DNA of 64,000 nucleotides from a virus. Position numbers and translations under genes: made by a program. The DNA lies in the IMG/VR virus record IMGVR_UViG_3300036795_000108, positions 23,222-87,221 of that record, one strand, 5' to 3'. The stretch's first letter is position 1. Every line of letters starts with the position of its first letter. Below the pieces are notes generated by a model. It was not told the DNA's origin and searched no databases. It saw only the letters and a list, made by a program, of their open reading frames with translations. Of the stretch, positions 29,586 through 38,811 are shown in pieces.

Positions 29586-30011
29586 CTATCGCTCCTTGGG
29601 CTTGTCGATGGGCTGCGGCAGGACGGTCGTCTCAGACGGCGGGAAGTCCTCCGCTGTCCTCGCGGTCTGATCGGCCTCCCAGAACGCCGCGTCACGCGCC
29701 GCCGCCTTGGAGGCGATCTCCTCGATCGTCGGGCCGCGAGGGAAGCCGCCCGCGGCGATGGTCAGCGCCTCCTCGTCGATCTCCTTGACCGAACGGCAAG
29801 CGAGGCCACGCGCATCCGCGAACCGCTTCGCGGCCGCCGTGAGTTGACTGCCCGACAGCGGGTCGCCGTTGTCGTCCTGCAGCTCCGGTATCCGCTGCGC
29901 GGCCCGCTCGACGGGGATCCCGCCCTTGCCGGAGCCACCGATGACGCCGACGCCGGCCAGCTCGACGCTATACGGCGCGTCGTCATTGGTGACGAAGATG
30001 GTCGGTGACAT
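29586..30011 (-). CDS. hypothetical virion morphogenesis protein
   Basis: In the structural operon. Confidence 0.55.
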   Translation of the reverse strand: MSPTIFVTNDDAPYSVELAGVGVIGGSGKGGIPVERAAQRIPELQDDNGDPLSGSQLTAAAKRFADARGLACRSVKEIDEEALTIAAGGFPRGPTIEEIASKAAARDAAFWEADQTARTAEDFPPSETTVLPQPIDKPKER

Positions 30012-30044
30012 GAGTGGTTGGTGCCTCCTGGGTCGATGGGTGGG

Positions 30045-30554
30045 CTACTGGACCTGCCGGTCCGAAATGAAGGTCTGGATGAACTCGATCCCGCTCACGG
30101 TGCTCGAACCGAAGCTGTCCATGAACGAGTTCAGCGACGTGCGCATCGCCCACGTGATCGCGCCCTGGATCGCGGGGGGCTGACCGCTGCCGCTCCAGAA
30201 GTTCGCGTCCACCAAGGCCCGGTAGGCGTCCGCGTACATCTCGACCGCCGACATCAACTGGTCGCTGTCAGACGGCCCCTGCCCGATCCGCGATGAGATC
30301 ACGAACGTGTCGCGCCGGCGGATCAGGTCCATCTGCTGCGACGTGCTCGGCAGCAGCGTGTTCCACAGGCACGGCGGGTCGGGCGTGTCAGGCCGCCAGC
30401 GGTACGTACGCAACGTCACGTCGCCCGGAAGGTCCGCGAGCGCCGGCAAGCCCGGCAGGAGCGCCTGGAGAGCCGTCAGACGGTCCATGAGCGCCGTCAG
30501 CGACCCCGGGGAGCCGATCGGGACGTCGGTGATGAAGTCGATCGTGGCGCTCAC
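30045..30554 (-). CDS. tail terminator/completion-like protein
   Basis: Position after the HK97-gp10-like gene. Typical size. Confidence 0.5.
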   Translation of the reverse strand: MSATIDFITDVPIGSPGSLTALMDRLTALQALLPGLPALADLPGDVTLRTYRWRPDTPDPPCLWNTLLPSTSQQMDLIRRRDTFVISSRIGQGPSDSDQLMSAVEMYADAYRALVDANFWSGSGQPPAIQGAITWAMRTSLNSFMDSFGSSTVSGIEFIQTFISDRQVQ

Positions 30555-31108
30555 AGCGATGTCCTGTACTCGATCTGCTGCACCTTGCGGGCCCGGCCGA
30601 GCAGGCCCTGAGCAACCTCGGGGATCTTCGCCAACTCCTGCTGCCAGCGATCCATCGTCCCGTCAACCGCGCGCTGGACGAAATGCTGCGCCGGGGTGCC
30701 CCTGATGCTCCGCGCGAACACATACCGGGCGTTCGCGCCCGCGTTGCCCTTGCGCTGGCGACCCGCCAACGTGAAGCTCGCGTTGCCGGGCTCCGGGAAA
30801 CGAAATGCCTTCGCGCGCGTCGGATAGATCCGGCTGCGTCGCGGCCCGTAGATGCCGGTCCCCTGGTCGACGTAGATGCCGTAGAAGGCCGAGGTGCCGA
30901 CCTGCCCCTGGATCGTGTTGTCACCCACCGTCCGCACGATGTGCGTCATCCGGCGCCGCAGGTCACCCGTCCGCGACGGCGCGAGCGTCCGCATCGAATC
31001 CTCGACGTACTGCATCGCGGACTCCATCTGCAAGCGGGCCGCCTCAAAGTACGCGTCGCGGACCGCCTGCGGCGTCTGGTTGCTCAGGTCAAGGACGACG
31101 GACGGCAT
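30551..31108 (-). CDS. HK97 gp10-family neck protein
   Basis: APSRTGDLRR, YGIYVDQGTG, GTPAQHFVQRA motifs. Confidence 0.8.
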   Translation of the reverse strand: MPSVVLDLSNQTPQAVRDAYFEAARLQMESAMQYVEDSMRTLAPSRTGDLRRRMTHIVRTVGDNTIQGQVGTSAFYGIYVDQGTGIYGPRRSRIYPTRAKAFRFPEPGNASFTLAGRQRKGNAGANARYVFARSIRGTPAQHFVQRAVDGTMDRWQQELAKIPEVAQGLLGRARKVQQIEYRTSL

Positions 31109-31109
31109 C

Positions 31110-32153
31110 TCAAATGAACGCGCCGTTGGGCACGATGTACGTGCTCAACGCCGCCTGGGTTGAGGAAGGCAGCGTCTTGAAGAACTGCCAGATCACGCCG
31201 TCCGCGGTGATCATCTGATCGCTGAACGCGGCGTTGCGCTCCATGTAGAGCCGGCCCGCGACCTGATAGACGGCATCGACCACGTCCGGGGGCGGCACGA
31301 GCCATCCCCACCGACCGACGATCTGCAGGTCCTGGGTCATCCACGGCCCGTAGCCGAGCATCACCCCGAACGCCGCAGCGTCCGGCAGGAACGGGATCAA
31401 CTCGATGCTGGTGACCGGCTCGGCGTCCGCGTCACCCAACCCGAACTGCCCATCCGGCCCATAGCCGCCATAGCCGAGGTCGTACTGGTTGGCCTGAAGG
31501 CGCTGGCCACGCAGGCTCAGGCCCTGAAACTGCGGCATCCGCGGATCCGGCGCCGAATCGATGACCCGCAGGTCAGGGACGCGCACCGTCGTCTTGCCGC
31601 GCGTCGAGAACGCTTTGAGCACCGGCGGCGCCGAGTCAAACCCACAGTCGGTCACCACCACCGCAGCGGAAACCCCGAGCGCGCCCGCGTCCGTGGTGAC
31701 CGCCGGCTGAACACCCACCAGCGACCCGCCGAACGTGATCGACACCGAATAGGTCGGCAGCGGGCCGCCGGACACCAGCACCTCGCCGGCGCCCAAACCC
31801 CATGCGCCGTCCAGCGCCGTCTGGATCTCCGCTGCCGTCCAGTCCGCGTCGATCTCCGCCGTCTCACCATCAAACGTCAACGGGAACGAGCCCGACACGG
31901 CCGCGATCGGCTGGACTGACATGATGCTGACGAGCCTGCGCTGAAAGCCCGTATCAGGGTCATCCAACGCAGGCTCGGGAGCGAAACGCCTACGGGTGAA
32001 ACGCTCCACGAACCGCTCCGCCGCGCACAACTTCGACGTCAGGACGGTCAGCTTCAGCGTCGAGTTCGCCTCAACGTTGATCTGGTCCTGCGCGATCAGC
32101 ACATCCGAGAATCTCGGCTGCGCCGGCGCGGGGATATTCACGGTCACGGACAC
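31110..32153 (-). CDS. head-tail connector (gp6-like) with inserted beta domain
   Basis: AAERFVERFTRRRF at the N-terminus and WGW.VPPPDVVDAVYQVAGRLY at the C-terminus, split by an insert at about 31640-31920. Confidence 0.75.
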   Translation of the reverse strand: MSVTVNIPAPAQPRFSDVLIAQDQINVEANSTLKLTVLTSKLCAAERFVERFTRRRFAPEPALDDPDTGFQRRLVSIMSVQPIAAVSGSFPLTFDGETAEIDADWTAAEIQTALDGAWGLGAGEVLVSGGPLPTYSVSITFGGSLVGVQPAVTTDAGALGVSAAVVVTDCGFDSAPPVLKAFSTRGKTTVRVPDLRVIDSAPDPRMPQFQGLSLRGQRLQANQYDLGYGGYGPDGQFGLGDADAEPVTSIELIPFLPDAAAFGVMLGYGPWMTQDLQIVGRWGWLVPPPDVVDAVYQVAGRLYMERNAAFSDQMITADGVIWQFFKTLPSSTQAALSTYIVPNGAFI

Positions 32154-32178
32154 GAGCTAACCCGAACGGCGAGGACGG

Positions 32179-32577
32179 TCAGTCCTTGCTCTTGGCCGAG
32201 GACTTCGCGCGTGACGCCGCCGCCTCGACCCCTCCCTCCTCGGCGGGATTCTCCTTCGCGGCCGCCTTGGCCTTGGCGCCTGTCGCCTGCTTGGCGGACT
32301 CGTCATGCGTCGCGTCGATGTCGCGCTCCTTCTCCTCCGACATCGAATCCGCGAGCGCGCGATCCTGCGGATGGGTGAGCGGATCGCCACGCAGATCCGC
32401 GTCCGCGACCTCGACCTCGCGACGCTGCGGGTTCGGCGGACCGGTCTGCCCGACCAGATCCACCGGCTCGCCCACGCCCTCCTTGATGATCTTCTCGATC
32501 GTGACCGTGTCACCGTCGGGAATGTCGAACGGCTGGCCCTCCACGAACCGGCCCTTGCCAGTGCCCTTGAACTGCAT
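32179..32577 (-). CDS. hypothetical capsid-associated protein
   Basis: Directly after the capsid gene. RBS aaggag. Ala/Lys-rich tail. Confidence 0.6.
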   Translation of the reverse strand: MQFKGTGKGRFVEGQPFDIPDGDTVTIEKIIKEGVGEPVDLVGQTGPPNPQRREVEVADADLRGDPLTHPQDRALADSMSEEKERDIDATHDESAKQATGAKAKAAAKENPAEEGGVEAAASRAKSSAKSKD

Positions 32578-32611
32578 CAGAAATGCTCCTTTCGGTGCCG
32601 CTCTCTCCGGC

Positions 32612-34207
32612 TTAGGAGACGAGCACGCCCTCCTGCTGGATGATCTGGCTGGGGTACAGCGAGTTGATGTCGTGACGCAGCGTCGACTTGAACAGCGTCT
32701 GGTTGTTCTGGAACGACGAGACCCAGGTCGTGCCGCCATCCGGCGTGTAGGACGCGTCGGTGGACACCTCGACGACCATCTCCTGGTTCAGGCCGACGAC
32801 CAACTGGGCCATGTCGACCAGCAGCAGCCACGTCGCGTTGTTCGACGAACCCTGCGTCAGGTTCGTCGGGATCTGCTGGGAGCAGTAGAACGGGACGCTG
32901 TCCAGCACGCCCGAGATCCCGACGCCCGCGCCGGTGATCGCACCCGAAGCCGACGGGTCGACCTGATTCTCGGTGTAGCGCAGCAGCGACGTGTCCGCGA
33001 GGAACCGCCCGAGCGAGTCGGTCAGACCCTCGACGTAGGTCAGGAACATCGGATTGAAGAACCACGTCCACCGCGGGTTGGGCACGTTGAAGCGCCGCAC
33101 GTAGTTGCGGATCGCGCGGAGCTGAGGCAACGTCGGCTGGAAGCCGTCCGTCGCCGGCGTGATCGGGTTGGTGACGATCCCCGAGATGTTCACGATGCCC
33201 GTCGGGGAGCCCGTCTCCGTGCCCGGATCGCCCATCAGGAAGTTCTTGTCCTCCTTCAGAGCGATGACCGTCGCGAGATCCTGCCGGATCGCCATCTCGG
33301 CGTCGGTCTGCACCTGGTTGGGCACGTCGGTACGCCGACTGTCGTTCAGCAGGTAGGTCGAGACGGGAACCAGACCGGTGAGGTTCTTCGGGGTCAGCAG
33401 CGTAACCTGAGCGAACGTCTCCTGCGACGGAGTGATCGCCGCGTTCTCCGGCGTGTAGTACGCCGTCGCGCCCGTGGAAAGCTGCACCTGATTCATCTGC
33501 GCCGAGAACGGCACGATCCGCGGACCCGCGCGACGCACGACCGTCACCCCGCGGAACAGCGGCAGAATGTCAGGCATCCAGTCCGCCGGGATCAGATAGC
33601 CACCCGCCGAGCCGGTGCCCTCCGCCAGCGCCTTCTGCTCCATCATGAACTGCCGCTCGGCATCCGACGCGAAACCCTTCGCCATCGCGTCCATCGCCGA
33701 GAAGAACCGCATGAACGACTTGGCCTCCTTCAGCGCCTTCACGCCGACATGCGCGCCCGCGGACGCCGCCTCCAAGCCGCTACCGGCAAGGATCAGCCCG
33801 CCCTGCTGGGTTGAGCCGCCACCCGCGAGATGCTTGATGACATCGTCGCTGGCGCCATCACCCGCGAAGCGGTTGCCGCCGTGCTGCTTGAGCGTCTCAA
33901 CGGCCGTCGAAACCGTCTGAGCCTGCCGAGCGAGCGTGTCGCCGGCCTGCTTCAGCGTGGCCTCGCGTGCGTCCAACTCCGCAATGCGATCCTCAAGCGA
34001 CTTCTCGCCGGTCGTCGCGGCCGCCGGGGCGCCGTTGCCGTCTCCCTCACCATCACCGTCTCCGGCGGACGGCTTGATGCCCTTGACCTGGGTCTCCAGG
34101 GTGCTCAGCAACTCCGCGAGATCCGGCCCGTCATCGGCGCCCACAATCGGCGCGAAGCGAGCCCGGAACTCCTCGGGGCTGAGATCTCGAATGCGGGTCG
34201 TATGCAC
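32612..34207 (-). CDS. major capsid protein, HK97 fold, with N-terminal scaffold (delta) domain
   Basis: KALAEGTGSAGGYLIP, PKNLTGLVPVS, EDKNFLMGD, D..GRFL, FQNNQT motifs. Confidence 0.95.
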   Translation of the reverse strand: MHTTRIRDLSPEEFRARFAPIVGADDGPDLAELLSTLETQVKGIKPSAGDGDGEGDGNGAPAAATTGEKSLEDRIAELDAREATLKQAGDTLARQAQTVSTAVETLKQHGGNRFAGDGASDDVIKHLAGGGSTQQGGLILAGSGLEAASAGAHVGVKALKEAKSFMRFFSAMDAMAKGFASDAERQFMMEQKALAEGTGSAGGYLIPADWMPDILPLFRGVTVVRRAGPRIVPFSAQMNQVQLSTGATAYYTPENAAITPSQETFAQVTLLTPKNLTGLVPVSTYLLNDSRRTDVPNQVQTDAEMAIRQDLATVIALKEDKNFLMGDPGTETGSPTGIVNISGIVTNPITPATDGFQPTLPQLRAIRNYVRRFNVPNPRWTWFFNPMFLTYVEGLTDSLGRFLADTSLLRYTENQVDPSASGAITGAGVGISGVLDSVPFYCSQQIPTNLTQGSSNNATWLLLVDMAQLVVGLNQEMVVEVSTDASYTPDGGTTWVSSFQNNQTLFKSTLRHDINSLYPSQIIQQEGVLVS

Positions 34208-34357
34208 TGCGGTGGCTCCTTTGGAACGGGTTGGTCACGCTCGCGCGCGACGGTATGAACCCGAACCGTGTGACTGACCGGCTAACGCCAGCATTGCCCC
34301 AAGTGGGGAGTCAGGAGCCCGATGCGAAGAAAAGGCTACAGAAGCGCGCAGGCGTGC

Positions 34358-34774
34358 TCAGAAGCCACGACGCGCCTGGATGAACGAGTGCGCCACCCGC
34401 GTCCCCTCGACCAGAAACGCGAAACGATGCACACCCGGACGGCTAAGCACCACCACCGCCTCAAAGGTCCCGTCGGGCTGCTGCGACACCGCGACCGCCT
34501 TCGGCTCAGACGTGCCCGCCGCCAACAGCTCGCAGGTCACCCGCCCCGATGGCTGCACCGACCCCCCAGCACCCGGGAACATCGCCCGGAGCGCGACCGC
34601 GTCGCCCCTGCTGAACACCGCGCCCTGTCGAGGCGCGACCACCAAGCATGCCACCGGTCTCGCAGGCCCCGGCTGGCGCTCCCGGCGACGCACGTTGCTC
34701 GGACCGCGAGCATCCGCGAACACCGGACCCGGCAGATCCCCACGCCGACGAGAGCCATCCCCACGCTCGCTCAT
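34358..34774 (-). CDS. Ig-like hypothetical structural protein
   Basis: ATGA-coupled. DGTFEAVVVLSRPGVHRF motif. Confidence 0.45.
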   Translation of the reverse strand: MSERGDGSRRRGDLPGPVFADARGPSNVRRRERQPGPARPVACLVVAPRQGAVFSRGDAVALRAMFPGAGGSVQPSGRVTCELLAAGTSEPKAVAVSQQPDGTFEAVVVLSRPGVHRFAFLVEGTRVAHSFIQARRGF

Positions 34775-35103
34775 GGCAGCGCCAGCACCGTCAGCCGGTC
34801 CCCCGTCGCGAACGTCTCGATCTCCTCCGAGGACCACGTGACGACGATGAACGGCTGATAGACATCCGCGTTCGCCGTGTCGCCCGACGCGAACTCATAG
34901 GTCAGATTCCAGAAGTGCAGGCCATCGGGATCCGCGGTCGCGGGCCAAACCGCAGAGCCATCCCCGGAGAACTGGTAGGCCTTGCCGATGAACTCGACGA
35001 GGATGCTCTCCGCCGAGGAGAGGTTCAGCACGCCCGTCTCGTCAGACACCTGAAAGCGAGCGTCGGGGTAGCTGTCCCCGACATACATGCTGCGGCTGCT
35101 CAC
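34771..35103 (-). CDS. BppU-N-like virion protein
   Basis: YVGDSYP, LNLSSA, LTYEFASGDT...VVTWS..IETF pattern. Confidence 0.55.
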   Translation of the reverse strand: MSSRSMYVGDSYPDARFQVSDETGVLNLSSAESILVEFIGKAYQFSGDGSAVWPATADPDGLHFWNLTYEFASGDTANADVYQPFIVVTWSSEEIETFATGDRLTVLALP

Positions 35104-35109
35104 GGCGTC

Positions 35110-35289
35110 TCAGCCCTCCAGTGCGATGCTCGTCGTGTTCCCGTCAAGACTGGCCGACGGCGCCGGATTCTGTACCAACAGCGCCGGCCCGGGATTTCGC
35201 ATCGCCAGCGCGGGCCCGGGGTTCTGCATCGTCGCCGAGGTCGGCAGCCACACCGCGATCCCGGAGCCAGTCAATTCGATCCACGGCAT
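35110..35289 (-). CDS. 59-aa peptide with three NP(G/A)P repeats (not in ORF track)
   Basis: MPWIELTGSG...MQNPGPALAMRNPGPALLVQNPAPSA. TAGCAT upstream. Confidence 0.5.
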   Translation of the reverse strand: MPWIELTGSGIAVWLPTSATMQNPGPALAMRNPGPALLVQNPAPSASLDGNTTSIALEG

Positions 35290-35323
35290 CTCTGCCGCAT
35301 GCTACGTCAGCGTGCAGGCGACC

Positions 35324-36007
35324 TCAGCGACGTACGTCGTGCGGCAATTCGATCATCGGCGCGCGTCGGGCAATAACGGGCGCTAGGCGCTCCATTGGAT
35401 TGATCGACTCTAGGTAAACGGCGGTAGTCGTCAGATCGGCGTGTCCAAGAACAGCTTGGATCGTCAGTAGGTCAGCACCCTCGCGACGTAACTCCACGGA
35501 GAGCCCGTGGCGCAGAGCGTGGGGATGGGCCCGTTTACCAAGATGCGCACGCTGACCCGCGTCTCGCATCTGCCGCCGCAGATCGCAGTCCCACCACTTC
35601 GCGCCAGCAGTCAACCCCATCACAACCGGCAACAGGTATCCAGGCGCGAGGTCGCGACGAACGCGGAGCCACTGCTCAAGCTCGTCCCAGCCCCACGCGT
35701 CCATCCCGACAAGACGGCTGCGGTCACCCTTCCCATGCCGGATCAGGATGGTGCCCTGTTCAGGATCAAGATCGCGTTCGGTGAGATCCAGCAGCTCGCT
35801 GACACGCATCCCGGTCCGGTACATGACGATGATTGCAGCGCGAAGACGCGCGGCCATCACCTCGTAGGTCGCACCGGGTTTCTGCGGCACGCACTCGCTA
35901 AGAAGCGCGACGACATCGGTGAGCAGCAGCGGCTCTAGGGGATACTTGCGACGGTGAGCGCGGTCTCGTCGTGAGCCACGCATACGAGTAGGCTGCGTTC
36001 TGTCCAT
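35324..36007 (-). CDS. tyrosine recombinase/integrase (catalytic domain only)
   Basis: YRTGMRVSE (R), HGKG (K), HPHALRH, LGH, TTAVY (Y). 227 aa with no arm- or core-binding N-terminal domain. Confidence 0.92.
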   Translation of the reverse strand: MDRTQPTRMRGSRRDRAHRRKYPLEPLLLTDVVALLSECVPQKPGATYEVMAARLRAAIIVMYRTGMRVSELLDLTERDLDPEQGTILIRHGKGDRSRLVGMDAWGWDELEQWLRVRRDLAPGYLLPVVMGLTAGAKWWDCDLRRQMRDAGQRAHLGKRAHPHALRHGLSVELRREGADLLTIQAVLGHADLTTTAVYLESINPMERLAPVIARRAPMIELPHDVRR

Positions 36008-36160
36008 GAGAGACTCCGTTCTCGTGGGCCATGACCCTGGGCGGTTCCTGCCGCGCCGGGGTCGCTTATTGAGGTCTTTCAGGCTAGGGAACGCAAGGGT
36101 GAATCGGTACTAGACCTTCGTCTAGTCCTCTACCGGTTCTCACGCAAGCTGGGACGAGAC

Positions 36161-38788
36161 TTACTTGCGCGCTGGCGCGAAGGTGATCGTGGGCGCAGCC
36201 GTGTAGGTGATCGCATACCAGTCCCCGGCCTCAATGTCGATCACGGTGCCGGGGAACGTGCCCGAAGACTGGGTGAGGATGTTGAAGATGTGGGAGTCGT
36301 CGCGGCTGAAGTTGATCGCGGTACCGGTGCCCCCGCTGATGTAAAGCTTGCCGGGCAAGCCCTCCGCATGCTGCTGGTAGGTCGTAGAGGCTGGCGCGGT
36401 GATCGTGTACGGGGCGATCGGATAGACGCCGCCCTGGGGGATGAAACCGCCATCGTGGAAGATCTTGCCGATGTAGTTAGCTGCGTTCACATACGCTGGC
36501 GAGCTGCTGCCCTCGATCTCTGAGAAGTTCGCATTGGAGATCCGGAGGCGAAGCGAAATGACCGTGAAGCTGTTGCTGAGATGCCACGCATACGGCCCCG
36601 TCTCGCCGTAGAGGCTTGGCTTGAAGCTGTCGATCTCACCCTCGGTGATCGTGTTGCTCGCCGTGGAGAAGTCGATCCCGGAGATGGAATGCGTCGAGGC
36701 GCCGCGCAGGTTGAATCCGGGCCGGATGTCCTTCCAGCCATCGAGGTGAAAGGTGCCGGTCCCGAGCCCGATGCCCGCGATACCCGCCGTGGTGTTCCCG
36801 TTTGTGTCGCCGGTGATCGTGGTGCGCACGTTCTTGAAGCACAGGCGGCTGACGACCGAGGACTCGCCGGCGTTCATGCTCGCGCCGATGTAGATCGCGC
36901 GGATGGTGGTCGCGGCCGCGGACAGGCTGATCGCAGGCGCCTCGACCTCGAAGTCGTCGATCTCCAGGCGGTGAACCGCGGTGGTCAGCACGCTGATCGC
37001 CCGGATCGAGTTCAGGTCGGGGCAGAGGCTCGTATGGGTGGACTGCGCGATCCGTACTCGGTGAAGCGGACAGCCGCCACCCTCGCCGGACAGCTTGATG
37101 CCGACCGGTGTGCTGGTGAGCGTGCCCTGGTAGGTGTAGCGGGTGCGGTGCTTCTCGATGCGCGTGTACTGGGGCGCTATCGGCCAGGAGAATGAGTTGA
37201 TGTAAACGCCGCAGTCGTTGATCGCGTCCACAGAGTCGCAGCCGTAGATGAGACCGTAGGAGTGCCCGTCGAGCTCGTACGCGTCATCGACAGCGCCGTG
37301 GGGGACACGGCAGCGGATGCACCCCATGCGACCGCCGTAGCCGCGCGCGCCGAACTGGAAGCCCGCGCCGCGCGCGTAGCTGGTGGGAATGTTGGCATGC
37401 TGCGGGTCGACGTCATGCTCGCAGTCGATCGCCCAGATCTTGTCGCAGAAGCAGTTGATCGCGAACGCTGGACCTTGAAGACCACCGGCGGTCCAACCGG
37501 TGCCCGCGTCCGTGAAGGTAGTCGCCGTGGACGCCACGGCCTGGTTCTCGGTGTACCAACCGGGTGTCGCGCCCTTGTAGATGATGATGCTCGAGATGCT
37601 CGACCCACCGGGGATCGCCCATGAGAGGCTGGCCTGCAGGTTGGAGCCGCTCATGAGACAGAACGCCTCGGCAGACGGGTAGCAAGGATGGCCGGTGCTG
37701 TCGAGCGCGACGAGGCGGTAGTAGGCGTAGCCGACCGAGTTGCCAGTCCCGGACGACGCACTCGCCGCGAGGCTCGTGAGCTGGTTGGTAGTTCCCGTCT
37801 GGATGGCCTGGCCGCCGCCGGCTGAGACGAGCATCCCGGTATCGCCGCCGCCGAAATTGCAGTGCTGCGCGTTGATGTTCGTCAGGATCGAGCGGAGCGC
37901 CTCGCCGTAGTTGTGGTGGCGACAGACGATCGAGATGGCGGCGCGTGCAGAGTTGGCCTGCGTGTAGTCGCCGGTTGAAACGACCGAGGGAGTGTTCTCA
38001 GTGATGACATCGTTGAACGTGATCCGGTCGCCGTTGACGTAGTAGCGCTGCGTGCCGCCCTCGCTGGCGCCCAGGACGACTGCGTCCTTACTCTGCACGT
38101 TGTTAGCGTCGACGGTGAAGCCCCGGAATGCGAGACGCGAGAACAGGTCCGAGCAGGTCAGCGTCGCGCCGGTGACCGAGGTCGTCGCAGGCGCAGAGAG
38201 CGTCCAGGAGGTCGTCCCGGCACCGGAGAGGAGCGTCGTGCCGAGCGGGATATCCGGATGGGTGACGAGCATCCCGTTCTGAAAGTTCGTCTGTGAGCCC
38301 GCGGTGACGGTTACCGCGGTCGAGCCCGCTGCGGTCGTCGCGGTGACAGAGCTGCTCTGGATCTGCTGGGCGCTGAAATCGAATGCGCGCGGTGTGTTGG
38401 TCGAGAGCTTGATCCGGGTGGCGTGGCTCCCCTTGCCTTCGACCGTGAGCGGACAGTTGCGCGGCACCTGCAGGCCACCGGCCGTACTGCTATTCAGGTA
38501 GCAGATGCCTTGCGACAGCTCGATGCCCTGCGGCATTCCATTGCTGGCGTAGTTCGTTGCGGCCTGGTTGATCGCGGCCTGGACTGCGGCGGTGTCGTCG
38601 GTGGTGTTGTCGAACTTCGCGCCCCATGCCTTCGTGCTGATGAGCGGCATGTCGGCATAGCCGGCGGTGCCATCGGATCGGATGACCTTGGCCTGATTCG
38701 CGACAGCGCTGTATACGCTCCCGGCTCCCCCCACGAGATCCACCGAATCCGGTAGGTTTCCTCCGCCTGTTGCAACCCTGACGGTCAT
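36161..38788 (-). CDS. pectate-lyase-like parallel beta-helix spike/depolymerase
   Basis: WGAKFDNTTDDTAAVQAAIN and VEGKG..ATRI motifs. Beta-helix-like repeats with inserted Thr-rich and FN3-like segments. Confidence 0.8.
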   Translation of the reverse strand: MTVRVATGGGNLPDSVDLVGGAGSVYSAVANQAKVIRSDGTAGYADMPLISTKAWGAKFDNTTDDTAAVQAAINQAATNYASNGMPQGIELSQGICYLNSSTAGGLQVPRNCPLTVEGKGSHATRIKLSTNTPRAFDFSAQQIQSSSVTATTAAGSTAVTVTAGSQTNFQNGMLVTHPDIPLGTTLLSGAGTTSWTLSAPATTSVTGATLTCSDLFSRLAFRGFTVDANNVQSKDAVVLGASEGGTQRYYVNGDRITFNDVITENTPSVVSTGDYTQANSARAAISIVCRHHNYGEALRSILTNINAQHCNFGGGDTGMLVSAGGGQAIQTGTTNQLTSLAASASSGTGNSVGYAYYRLVALDSTGHPCYPSAEAFCLMSGSNLQASLSWAIPGGSSISSIIIYKGATPGWYTENQAVASTATTFTDAGTGWTAGGLQGPAFAINCFCDKIWAIDCEHDVDPQHANIPTSYARGAGFQFGARGYGGRMGCIRCRVPHGAVDDAYELDGHSYGLIYGCDSVDAINDCGVYINSFSWPIAPQYTRIEKHRTRYTYQGTLTSTPVGIKLSGEGGGCPLHRVRIAQSTHTSLCPDLNSIRAISVLTTAVHRLEIDDFEVEAPAISLSAAATTIRAIYIGASMNAGESSVVSRLCFKNVRTTITGDTNGNTTAGIAGIGLGTGTFHLDGWKDIRPGFNLRGASTHSISGIDFSTASNTITEGEIDSFKPSLYGETGPYAWHLSNSFTVISLRLRISNANFSEIEGSSSPAYVNAANYIGKIFHDGGFIPQGGVYPIAPYTITAPASTTYQQHAEGLPGKLYISGGTGTAINFSRDDSHIFNILTQSSGTFPGTVIDIEAGDWYAITYTAAPTITFAPARK

Positions 38789-38811
38789 CTAACTCCCCCA
38801 GTACGCATTCA

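Noticed and set aside
32186-33814. Long plus-strand ORFs antisense to capsid, portal (47689-49353), TMP and others
   Set aside because: They are Arg/Ala/Pro-rich shadows of GC-biased codon usage with no domain motifs, unlike the 46297-47184 ORF, which has HTH and nuclease motifs.
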